DNA from: Phoronis australis
Lineage: Eukaryota > Animalia > Phoronida
Direction: 5' to 3'
DNA: 64,000 nucleotides
Assembly: GCA_002633005.1 (NCBI GenBank)
Contig: NMRA01000018.1
Coordinates: 1 to 64,000, forward strand
In this document: positions 52,082 to 63,158 of the stretch, in pieces
Layout: the number at the start of each line of letters is the position of its first letter
Position numbering within the stretch: position 1 is the first letter of the stretch
The notes under the pieces: generated by a model
What the model was told of the DNA's origin: nothing
Databases searched by the model: none
The model's input: the letters and a program-made list of their open reading frames with translations, nothing else
Program-made: the position numbers and the translations under genes

Positions 52082-55000
52082 CTGTAAAAACAGAAGTTTA
52101 ACAATTAACACACCCATAACGTTACAGGAACGGGATTGGGCACAATGTACGGGGAACTAACATAAGAAAAATATCCAATATCTTAGTTTAACCACAATAC
52201 ATTTCCGATTTCATATAACCTGGACAGATCAACAGATATCAAAATGCATCAAACTTAGACGAACTTCATATCCGAGGTATTAAGCAGCATGCCATGAAAC
52301 TTTTTTGTTGCTAGAAAAGCAGAACGCTGATACATTGAACCAATAGGTGACAGCACTATTCCATGAAGACTAATTATTTCTTTCACTACACCAAGTACAG
52401 AAAACAATTAGAATTAATACATCAAATTGTTGACATAAAGAAATGAAGTATGGACTTAATCCCACTTCTGTGCATCAGAATTATGCCGAAGTTCAACACT
52501 GTCGCGTTTATTTTGAAAGGTGGACTGGCATGTAAGACCAGGGGCCTGTTCCAAGAAACTGACTTTAAGTTCATTTTTGACTTAAGTTTAAGATTTGTCT
52601 TAACTTCCAAACTTCGAAACTTCCATATTCAGTAAGTTAGTCAAAATTAAGACAAAATTTATGTTAAACACTTAAGTCAAACTTAAGATCTCTTTCTTGA
52701 ATTGGTATTGAGACAAATTTAACTTTGATTTTAAAATTTACTAAACTTTAAGATTTGTCTTAGCTAAATCAATTTTGTTGGAACGGGCCCCAGGGCTGCA
52801 TTCCATAGACATGAGAACCTCAACACAATATCACATAAGACTTTGCAAGATATCTCCTATAAGACAAGAGAACCTCAACACAATATCACATAAAACTTTG
52901 CAAGATATGTCCTATAAGATAACAGAACTTCAACACCATATCACATAAGACCTCAACACAATATCACATAAGACCTCAACACAATATCACATAAGACCTC
53001 AACACAATATCACATAAGAGCTCAACACAATATCACATAAGACTGCAAGATCTCCTATAAGACAAGAGAACCTCAACACAATATCACGTAACACTTTGCA
53101 AGATATCTCCTATAAGACAAGCAATGGCCATGACCATGCTAGCTTCCTTTGTGAAATTCTCGCATCTATTTTCTCTGGTGGCTCCGTGGTCAGCGGACCC
53201 TTCGGGTCCTTCATGGAGTCTCCATAGGCGTAAATTTGTAATAATTGTATTTTTGCCTTAACGTGAATAAAGTGTATTACGACATTACAACAACAGAACC
53301 CAGCCCAGGAAGCAAGGATACGCAGACTGGACTCACTCTTTTCCTGATATTGACGATGAGAAGATCCAAAAGTCTGAGCCCAATGAAGATACAAGGCGTC
53401 ACAAATTGTACCTGTAAAAATTTCATAAAAATATTTAACACACCTCCAAAAATCGCTTTCAAATTATATCCAGGTTGTCGTTCACTCCCTTGCATACATT
53501 CATTTCTAAGACCGAGCTCAGATGAGTAGGGGACACAACTCTGCAATGCTCAATTGTCTGCCAGTAAAGCCAGGATTCGAACCCGGCTCCCCCAAACAAG
53601 AGTGCGGAGCTCAAACCAATGAGCCACACGGTCTCTATTAACGATATGAATTTTAATAATGATAACTGTGGCAGATGGTCAAAGCCGAAATCGAAATGAA
53701 CAACACGTCCACGTGCAGTCACCAGTCATGCAGGTCAATTTATTACACAAACAATCTTGGTGTAATATGTAATTGGAACAAAGAACAGGCCATGTTTTTT
53801 TTTTCCTTTCAAAAATGGCTACCGTATATTTCTGTACAGGTGATAATGTTTGTTGAAGCAGTCTCTTTGCGCTCCTAGTTACCTTGGTGCATGTGTTTGA
53901 AATAAGACTTGTTTTACTAAATAAGACGATTCTCTGAAAGGAACACGTTATCGGTCAAAAGAAAACTCTTTTTATGAAACAAAAATTCTATTTTTCAAAA
54001 ACAAGCACGTCATAGTTCACGCACGTGCAGCATCTAAACAGACAACACTGAGTTTTGGAATGGACCAGGCAGTTTTGTTTTGTCGGATGAATAAGGCAAT
54101 GGGAATACTACTACTTGACCACAAATAGGAACCATTTTATAATTGAGCGTTTCAGTGTGCGTTAAACATCTTCATCAGGAACATAACAGAACTAAAAGGA
54201 CTATATATGGTAGAGTGAAATGTCATCAAATTCGTTCAAAACTAATTGCAAACAAATTCTCTTGTCCCCACAGAATACGTTCATTAAAAAATAAACCTGG
54301 GAGTGGATCAGGCCTGTGGGACCTGTTAAAATGCATCACCTAACAACACATTTTGCTTTATCGTTCAACAACTCATCTCCTTGTCTGATATCATATCTGC
54401 CTCTACTAACCACATAGTGTGTTTTATTGTTCAACTACTGCTCAAAATATTTGATATCATATCTATCGCAATGAACCGAGTTGCACCATTAACACAAAAT
54501 AGAACAAAACTTCCCCATATCAAGACTTCAAAGTCCTCCCAAGTTCCTGACTGCTTCAAGTCCTAGTGTATATCTAGGTAATAAAATGCGCTTTATATAT
54601 TTGATGAACTGAAAGTCGTACTTACAATGTAAAAGTCTTTGGCAGAGAAGTGCTCCAAGTAAAATGCTGCGAAGAAAATGATGAGGCTGAAAACACAATC
54701 ATACCAATACCTCTTTATTAACCGTACAGTACCGGCGTGGTCAAGTGGGTGGAGTAAAAAACCCTCTCCCAACCAAAACATGTTTTCACTTTTCCTTTGC
54801 CCCCCTTGCCCCCTGTCCATTGCAAAATGACCCCCCTTCCCTCCCAATGCCACACCTTAACCTCTCCCTGATATCTGTGCACGTCCCGCAATGAATACTT
54901 CAAGCTATGCCAGAGCACTGGTCACTCTTCACAAAACCTGCAACCTGTGAATTTCTGAAGGCTAGGTATTTATCAAGCTTGAGTTTGCTTAAAGCAACAC

Positions 55001-58000
55001 AGGTAACCAGTGGCGCCCACTGGTGTCAAATCTAGGGTCAGCGATTTAAGGGATTCCAAAGAACTGACATTTCGTCATGACGCGAGACCATGATCTACAT
55101 GCTGCAGGGCTTGGAACGACCACTGACAAAAAAAGCGGAAACTTTTACGGCCCAAATCATGCGCGCTACCCAGCCTTGAAATGGTCGATGTGAACCTTCC
55201 CCTGACAAATAATCGGGAGGAATATAAAAAAATTACCACCATCAGTAGCAAGCGTCTGCGTCCTTTTAGCTCGTCCGTCTGCTCCCAACCCAAACATTTT
55301 TGGCAGCAGAGCCGTAGTATTTGTCGCCGCGATTTACAATAACACGAGACGCCATTGAAAATCCCACCACGCTATCCCAGATGCCCCGGCAATGTTTACA
55401 ATTTATGTTCCTCCGAAACATAAAGAGCAACTTCCGCTTTTCGAGGTGAACGTCGTCTGCAAAGCAGCGGTAAGAAAGGAACTTGCTGCAGAAATTTTAT
55501 ATCAAATCCGATTTTTTTTACGCGGAAATATAATAAAATGCGCGGACAGAACATTTGAAAAAAGCGGAAATTCGCGTTTCCGCAGAAAATTCCAAGCCCT
55601 GATGCTGGCTTGTCACAGCGTACCATTTTACGAGGCATAACAAACAGCGTGCCATTTTACGAGGCATAACAAACTGCCAATTCCTTGCAAGCCCACAAAT
55701 AACTTCTTGTGTTAGAGAGACAGATGTCGAGACAAAGTGTACGTCAGTAAGCCCAGGTCCAAACCATCTTGGACAAAACAAGGGTTCATGAGCATTCAAC
55801 AAGGTAAAAGACGATACCATTTAATTCACAGATAATCTGAAGAACAACGTCTGCCTTCAGTTTGGTCAACAGTCATGGTGCGACATGAACATGGCTGCCA
55901 CAGACACAGAGAGCAATGTAATGACACACATGCCAGTATCCGCCATAAAAGACAGACCAACAATATCTGCCGTGAAAAACGGACCAACCAAATGCAAGGT
56001 ATTTTAGGGATGAGGAATTATTCTCACCTGAAAATAGGAAAAATCACCAGCTTAAGTGTGCAATAAACATGGAACTTGCCACCGTAAGATGCTTCAGAGT
56101 GAAGGTACTTGTGTCTGGAAAATAGTAAACACTAACAATGGAGTACGAAGGACAATTTGTTGAAAAATAAGAGGCACTATAAAGAAATTTGGTGAATATC
56201 AAAACAAATACTTTGGGTATCCTAATATCCCAGCAACACACCTTTAACAAGTATGTAGAGTGGAGTCCTCTTGGTATTAAAAAGCCAAAAACACTTCAAG
56301 TTTATTTTAATTAATCGAATTGCTAGTGCCACTCGACATTGTATCAGTTTTTCAATACTAGAGCTAAACTCTAATTCTCTCTGAAAGTACATACATGTAA
56401 CTGTTGGCACATGTTTTGTGAGGCGAAAACAGCGAACAAAGATGAAAAGGCATTCAGGTTTTTTCCCATGTCTGTCAAGCCGCTCACTCAGGGCCCAGTG
56501 CCTGCACGTTTTCGTCAAAGAATCATGTCGATAGTAAAGGTCCTTGTTATTTCTCCATATTTGAACAATTTTAAGCAATATATATATAATGTTGATCTTT
56601 TTGTGTATGTCACTTTGTTGATACCAAAATCCCATGTTCAATACAATCCTCAACCTAATGGAACATACTGCCAAAACCAAAGCCAATCACCAATTCATAA
56701 TCTTGCTGCATGCTTCACATGTTGTGAGTAAGTCAGCCAAAGAAATGTTGCCAACAACAGGAAACGTCCATGAAGCTTATAGTGTGGTAGCGACGGCGCC
56801 CTCTTACTAACATCAGGGAGTACATCTACATTGACATCAAGTCTAAACTGACTATACTTACGGCTTTTGCAATGCGATGACCCAAATTACGGACTGCGAC
56901 AAGCCAGCGACGAAGCTGGCAACAGCAGTCAACTGAATGGCAACTCGTGCATTTTCAAAGTCGACTCCTTCCTATAGAATTGACAGAACTGATCACCATG
57001 GTAACCCCATCAGCAATGATCGATCAACAAGATGGCCAAAGCAGTTTAAAATAAGTCAAATAAGACAAACAGAAAATGCTACACACCAAAAACGAATTTA
57101 AACACCATGAAGTATGAGACTGTTCGTAAGGCCAAAGGTTATCACTAGTAAGAGTACCCATTTGGCGCAATACTTGTAGTGATGCAAAAAAAAACACAGC
57201 TCAACGTTTTATTAAAATACAGATTATGATCACCTTTGACAACAAAATAAATAATATAGTCCCTTTTCTCACTCAACGACACGTGGAAAACGATAGTGTT
57301 GTCAAAAATGATACGTCACTCAGAACATAACTAAATGCAGCAAACGGAGAATACTTACAAATGAGTCATACTTGTCAATCATCTTATACGCGAATGGGAA
57401 GAAACCAACACTGGCCAAACACTGAAAAGAGTGTAAAAAATCATAGAAAGCGGTTACTGTACTATAGTCTTGTGTTACACTCACCGTTGTAATATATTCC
57501 TTAACTCAGATTATGGACGATTTGTTGCAATTGCTTTAGATTTGGCTAAATTGATATGTTGGCTTGTAACGGCATGTCACTTAATGTCCCCAGCATGGAC
57601 TCCAGTGCTATAGTATACAGTCACTTCCTCCGCAGCACACAAGTCATTCTTTACCTGACCAACACTTTGAGACCAATTCTGTTACGGAAAGTAGCTTAAA
57701 TCTAAAGTTATTTTTTTGACTGTCAAAGCTAGGTTGATAGCGGCTTGAACACAATTTCACAGTTGCCAAACAGTCCAAAACAAGAAAAACGGATTCTTCA
57801 GAAACGAGGCTAAAAAAGTCCACAGGGACACCTTTTTATCTTTAAAGGACAATTAACATACTTCAAGTCGAGTTGTTGTCAACAAAAAATCTGAAGGCAA
57901 CACATTCCTTTAAACAAGCATCAAGAGCTCATGGCACTGCAAAATGAATGTACAATGTACACTCTCCTGGGGAATATTTTTGGATGCAAAGACACTTTCG

Positions 58001-61000
58001 TTAAAATGAAGGCTTATGAAAGGGCACCCAGATTTCTTTTTAAAAGCCAACTGAATTTGAATTCACTACTTCTTACTTGAGTTGGACATCTCAGACCTTC
58101 CCCTGTGTTGGCCCATGTCACACCATAGATAAGGTGGAAACGGTCAGGATTAAATACACCAGGTTAAGTTGCATCCGTTTTGAAAGGGGGGCGGTGGAAC
58201 ACACGTACAAACATATTGTAAACTCCACAATATACACTCACCAAGGTATTAAAGAAGCTCATAGCCCGGTCAAACTCTTTTAGGCACTGAAAAGAGAAAA
58301 ACAGATAAGTCAGATGAAAGAAAAGTTTCCAGTGTCAAAACCAAAGTAAAATTTAACACTTTAAACAGGATCATCTACCAGCAAAAAAAATGAAACTAAT
58401 ACATTTCAACTGAGCTTGTATTAGTTTTAATTTTTTGCTGATATTTATTGACTGGATGTCTAATATTCACCAACTGACTTAGGATCGGCTTTATTCAAAC
58501 ACTATTGGAATAAAAATGATGCAAGTCAATAACGCCATTCATCTTGAAAATTTGGGCAGTATTAATATTTGATACTCAGACAAAGCCAAATTAAATGAAT
58601 AGTAGTGCTGATTGACAGATGAACTGCTAGAGGGCGATGTTAAATTACATGTAGGTTTGAGTGATGGATGAACCACAAAAGGGCGATGTTAACTTACATG
58701 TAGGGTTGAGTGATGGATGAACCACAAGAGGGCGATGCTGATGAAGCTTCCAAAGTAGGCAAATATTGTGGTTGACATTTCACCTAACAACATTCTGACA
58801 TCCACTCCATCCTTTGCTTTTGTAACATCTTCACTAAAAACAGCAATGGCAGTTACAGGGTACACTTAAGACTGCATGCAGCGCCACCTTTGGATAACAA
58901 TTCTTTTGGATCTTGTTTAGGGATGGGAACATTTGCACGCGTTCTTACATGTAAATACACTAAGTTAGCATTGCTTCCTAATCACACCAGATGGCACCAC
59001 GTACTGAACTGGAATTTACATTATTCAAAAGCAAGATTCAACATAACTAACTAATTTGGATTTATTAAGTAACAACTTTGTGATTTGTTCTTGACCAGGC
59101 ACTGTGTGAAACTTTACAGTGGTTTTTAAACTAAACAAGACAGTTGTTGCGTGCGCAGGACTGCTCAGCTTGGGGTACAGTATGATGAAATAAATCAGTA
59201 AAAAAAAAACACTTTGGCAAGAATGAAGCACACTAATTGGCTGACTCTCTTAACAGGGCCGAGATATGGTTAGGCAGGGGTACGGGCAGGCAGGAGTACG
59301 GTTAGGCAAGGGTACGGGTAGAGAAGGGTACAGTTAGAAACAAAGTAAGCATCCTTCATAAAAAACGTTGAGGACTTCTAACAAAACTTTCGACATTTTT
59401 TTAAAGTTTGACACCAAGAATATTAACGTTGTAAAACTACTAACTAAAATCAGTCATACGTCATATGACATGTGAATAACATGAGTAACAAATATTAGGT
59501 AATCAGATTAGGAACAACCATTTGATGAAGAACATAATTACACAAACACACAGGATGTATTTATTTTACATGGTAAATTCTAATGATTTCCTAACTACTC
59601 AGAAGATGGCAGCACAGCAAGACTCACCACAGATCTAATATCAATATTGTGGCTACAATGGCAAATACTCCATCACTAAAACCTGAAATAGAGGAAAAAA
59701 CATTATTTAGGGAACCATGATCAGCCAGGTAAACTACCAGGAAGGTTCATCTAGAATGCAATAGGAATCTCTCTGTAATTTTTTTTTTTTTTTGATAATT
59801 TCCTGCATTTTGCCTGACTGTGTATTGTTGTTGTATAACAGTATACACAAAGAATAGTGTGATGTAAGTCCCCTATATGTATTGTAAGCACCACAAGATG
59901 GCGCACTACACTAAAATCAAGGTCAGAGCAGCTGATGCAGCGGAGTGGTGAGCTGCGAAAATCCCTACTTGTCAAAAGGAAACTAAATAATTCCATGCGA
60001 GACACAATAGATTACATACAATCAATTGAACATTTCCACCATCAATGGCAGTGGTCATCCCCAGCATGATGGATAAATGGAATTGCAGTCACTTGACGAC
60101 GTTTACATAATATTTTGTGAACACAGAACAAACCAAAAGCACTCGGACAAGATGACCCAGAATTCCCTGTCATGACGTCTAGGCAGATACGGATTTCATC
60201 CTAAAAGTATATTCATCCTCAAAGTATCCTCTCATAATTGAGAATGAACAGAAATGAACTGAAAAGTAATGAGGCTAAGCCACTCTGTAATAATAATTTT
60301 GCTGTTCAAATTTTAATAGCCATTAATTTTGCTGTAAACAGAATTAGCGATCATGACAGGTGGTATTTTGTCTTGTAGTGTAACTCATGTTGTGAACAAC
60401 TCCACTACAACAACAATCTGTAGGAACACCATATTTATCCACCTTCACTCTCACTCTTATCAGGCTTCTATTGTGAGTCAGCATGCGTGAATAATTGGCT
60501 GATAAGCCACCTATGGAACTACTTTTGGCTGAATGGATGACCAGGCCATAAAATGATAATTAGCCAAGACCAGTTAAATAATGCTGCATGGAATAGTTAA
60601 TACCTTCATGGCAATTTTGAAAGAGTGGGCATCTTCTGCTAGTCTTTCGCCGAAAGTGTTTTAAAAAAAACTTGGTTTACCGACCTCTGATTTTCTGGAT
60701 TATGCAAACATTAAAATTCAAATATGCTACGTTTTCATTTCCGCCATCATTATGCTATGGAAACAAGAAAAAATTGGCAACAATCCGTACAAGCAACAAA
60801 GAATATGTCGTAGCATCACCTAGCCTTGGTGGAAAGCTGTATATCGGGCGCTTACAAAAATTCATTTCACAGGGAGGGGACGCTTCTTGTAGCCTAAGGC
60901 AGTTGAAACTTGGTTTCCGAAACGGGTAAAACCGGAAGCTAGGATTTACTCAAATTTACGCTCTGTGACGTATTTGTAGCCTATGACAGTCTTTCTACAA

Positions 61001-63158
61001 AATTGTGGTGCATTGCTATCAAACTCCATTGTTAAATTACAATTATCATTTTTCAAAAAATTTTGCTGAAATCCCAGGGCGAAAACTTGCCGACTTACTC
61101 GCTGAATCACGATCGTCGATAGGGAAACATGAATTCTTGAATAAAAATACAGTTTCGACTCAACAAATAACATGAAATCCTCCTTATGTTTTACAATTTT
61201 TTAAGTTCATGTGGAGTCCAGATTAATTGCAATTAAGTCGAAATCTGCGCTACATTGCACCCCACAACACGAGAAAAATCTCTGGATGAACACACATGCT
61301 GTTGTCACGTGACGTTTGTTTTGAAGTTCGTCTGCATATGAGCCGTGAGTGCGCTTGCAGGTCATCGACGACAGACTTTTGTTACAAAAGGTGGAGGATT
61401 ATGCAAGAAAATGGCGTTTATCAGATTGTTTTTCACTTAAACAGCTGAAACGTGCAAGGTGAGTGCCGGTTAACTCACAGATTTTGTGTGCACAGGCTGA
61501 CGGTCGTTAGCTCTACCGTGGAGTAAAACATTAATAGTCCTAGGCTAGATCTACATGTTGGGGACGAGGTGACGAGGTGAACTACCCGGGCTGTGTGAAA
61601 TTTCTGGGTCTAACAGATACACTGACGAGTGGTACCTTTGGTCAGCCAGCTCGCTGTATCAAGACTATCGTCAAAATCCAAATTCGTTTTATCGTGTCCC
61701 TGTCAATAATAACGGTTTCTTAATGTTCGTACTTCAGGAACATAACGATCCAGTGTTTTGTATACATACGCGCACGCCACAGATCACATCTCCTAAGTTT
61801 CCGATTTGACGGATGACAATGAATGACCACAATGAAATTAAACAACGTCGTTTTACATCTTGTAAGAGCTATAATAAACATATTTTGAATATTGCAATGC
61901 ATGTGTTCCAAAATCTACGGGTCCTATATTTTTGTATTCATGCGCGCCAAATGAAAGTAATCTTGAGTGTTGCTGTGTTGCTAAATCTCTTATTCTGGGC
62001 CGATTTGAAAAATTCAAAGTTGTACCAACATTTTTTTCTCTCCTCTTCTCAAATATTACACTTAAAACAACGTAAAACGCTCTTCATAAAAAGTACGGTC
62101 ATCTAGGCTAGATTGAAATCAGCTAATCGTATCGGCATGAGCGAAGCCAATTATCCTCGCTCATGACTCAATGACTAGAGCAGTTAGGCGGGATCCCTTT
62201 GATCATGAGCCGAGCACAATGCAGCCAAGGTGGATAAATACGGTCTAGTTCAATCTGCCAAGCACCACCGTTTTCCCTGATCGGCAGGCCTTGGGGCAAT
62301 CTTATTTAGTTGGAAATGTTTATGCCATGACTGATAGCAACACTGCTTACACTCCACACGTTCTTTGCCAACACGTTTGGTCTGATACAGAGCGGGCACC
62401 GTTTCTGTCAGGTTAGTCCTCCTTCTGCACCGCTCAATAGCCTTCCCGATGAGCCGGGCAATTAGTACGTTGAGGACAATGCACAGTAAGAAGAGAGACG
62501 CCGCCTGGAAAATTAGTCACATTTCGTTCCTCACAAAGGTTAAACTTGGGCTATAAACTTTGGAGAAATCTTTGAAACTGTTAGTTCTTAAATTGGTTAG
62601 AGCACAAACCTACTATGTTTTGATATTCTACTTCATTATCAACAAGCTGTGAACTGCTTGTAGTCTGCTGGTGAACATGGGAGAAAACTGCCGTATTTTT
62701 TAAACCAGTGCACTACACAGGCAAGATGCGGACTACTTACATCTGGCCAGTGACGATGGGAAACAAAATTTTCTTAACTAGTAGTCTATAATGGTGAGAT
62801 GTGGACTACTTACAGTCGGACAGTGACCACTGGAGACAAATACTGTAGTTTATAAAACCAGTGGACAACACAGGCAAGATGTGGACTACTTACAAACAGC
62901 CAGCCATTGACCACAGGAGACAACTACCATAATTTTCTAAATCAGTGGGCTACACAGGAAAATGTGGCTAAATACAGCCTGCCAGTGACTACAGAAGACA
63001 ATGGTTGATATTTAATAAAATCAGTGGTCTGCTCAGTCTGACTATATACCGCGCACAAAACTTACCAAACCCGGAGAGACGAGAGCAATGAGAATGGCGA
63101 TTAGGCACAAGACAAGAGGCACTATTACGTGTAAAAACATCATGTTCCGCCGCCTGCT
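51989..63158 (-). CDS. TMEM175: Endosomal/lysosomal potassium/proton channel TMEM175, 3' part (11 exons, 323 aa in window)
   Basis: Exons 63066-63158, 62351-62504, 59628-59682, 58698-58833, 58242-58286, 57359-57421, 56862-56971, 56028-56114, 54626-54686, 53337-53411 and 51989-52081 join in frame (972 nt, all GT-AG). Signature KERVECFSDGVFAIVATILILDLCED, then FAYFGSF..IALLWFIHHS, RAM..FNTL, YGGKFH...KLVIFP and TPCIFIGLRLL, collinear with repeat II of human TMEM175. Confidence 0.95.
52542..52790. mobile_element. PIF/Harbinger MITE
   Basis: TIRs GGGCCTGTTCCAAGAAA / TTTTGTTGGAACGGGCCC; 3-bp TSD CAG; internal TTAAG/CTTAA repeats. Confidence 0.88.
52813..53120 (+). repeat. Compound minisatellite (55-bp units containing a 23-bp core)
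   Basis: 55-bp period at 52815/52870/52925; 23-bp core CCTCAACACAATATCACATAAGA at 52951/52974/52997/53020. Confidence 0.95.
53337..53411 (-). CDS. TMEM175: TMEM175 exon
   Basis: VQFVTPCIFIGLRLLDLLIVNIRKR|GTGAGT. Confidence 0.88.
53480..53635 (-). mobile_element. tRNA-derived SINE
   Basis: A box TGGCTCATTGG and B box GGTTCGAATCC (53573-53583); the 3' block TAGAAATGAATGT also occurs near 51723. Confidence 0.7.
54626..54686 (-). CDS. TMEM175: TMEM175 exon
   Basis: (S)LIIFFAAFYLEHFSAKDFYI|GTAAGT. Confidence 0.85.
55105..55601. mobile_element. Non-autonomous hAT-like element with 6-bp TSD
   Basis: Perfect 12-bp TIRs CAGGGCTTGGAA / TTCCAAGCCCTG; ATGCTG abuts both ends; GCGGAA subterminal repeats. 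Confidence 0.85.
55615..55674 (+). repeat. Tandem duplication, 29-bp unit x2
   Basis: ACAGCGT.CCATTTTACGAGGCATAACAA at 55615 and 55644. Confidence 0.95.
56028..56114 (-). CDS. TMEM175: TMEM175 exon
   Basis: (P)HKYLHSEASYGGKFHVYCTLKLVIFPIF(S)|GTGAGA. Confidence 0.9.
56862..56971 (-). CDS. TMEM175: TMEM175 exon
   Basis: EGVDFENARVAIQLTAVASFVAGLSQSVIWVIALQK|GTAAGT. Confidence 0.9.
57359..57421 (-). CDS. TMEM175: TMEM175 exon
   Basis: CLASVGFFPFAYKMIDKYDSF|GTAAGT. Confidence 0.9.
58242..58286 (-). CDS. TMEM175: TMEM175 exon
   Basis: CLKEFDRAMSFFNTL|GTGAGT. Confidence 0.9.
58630..58737. repeat. 49-bp tandem repeat (about 2.2 copies) across a TMEM175 exon/intron boundary
   Basis: GGGCGATG recurs with a 49-bp period (58632, 58681, 58730). 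Confidence 0.95.
58698..58833 (-). CDS. TMEM175: TMEM175 exon
   Basis: (C)EDVTK...IFAYFGSFISIALLWFIHHSTLH|GTAAGT. Confidence 0.93.
59628..59682 (-). CDS. TMEM175: TMEM175 exon (pore helix TM7)
   Basis: (C)FSDGVFAIVATILILDL(C)|GTGAGT. Confidence 0.95.
60429..62243. mobile_element. About 1.8-kb element bounded by degenerate inverted repeats in a TMEM175 intron
   Basis: CCATATTTATCCACCTT (60429-60445) vs AAGGTGGATAAATACGG (62227-62243), 16/17 match; second inverted block TGAGTCA..GCGTGAATAATTGGC vs GCCAATTATCCTCGCTCATGACTCA. Confidence 0.6.
61304..61464 (+). promoter_or_regulatory. Promoter-like cluster: CLEAR/USF E-box, YY1 site and splice donor
   Basis: GTCACGTGAC at 61304-61313, AAAATGGCG at 61408-61416, AAG|GTGAGT at 61459. 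Function is inferred. Confidence 0.4.
62351..62504 (-). CDS. TMEM175: TMEM175 exon
   Basis: AASLFLLCIVLNVLIARLIG...GKERVE|GTAAGC. Confidence 0.9.
62685..63030 (+). repeat. Degenerate tandem repeat of about 75-85 bp
   Basis: AAACCAGTG.AC.ACACAGGCAAGATG.GGACTACTTACA recurs near 62702, 62855 and 62939, and partially near 62797. Confidence 0.8.
63066..63158 (-). CDS. TMEM175: TMEM175 exon
   Basis: SRRRNMMFLHVIVPLVLCLIAILIALVSPGL|GTAAGT. Confidence 0.82.

Noticed and set aside
52813-53120. CRISPR-like 23-bp repeat with 32-bp spacers
   Set aside because: The spacers are near-identical to each other or absent; it is a compound minisatellite.
53560-53635. tRNA gene (also 49210-49281)
   Set aside because: A/B boxes are present, but there are no consistent acceptor or anticodon stems and SINE-like bodies follow.
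56021-56045. Recursive splice site (tttttcctattttcag|GTGAG) on the minus strand
   Set aside because: The pyrimidine run is coding sequence (IFPIF) at the end of a TMEM175 exon; GTGAG is its normal donor.
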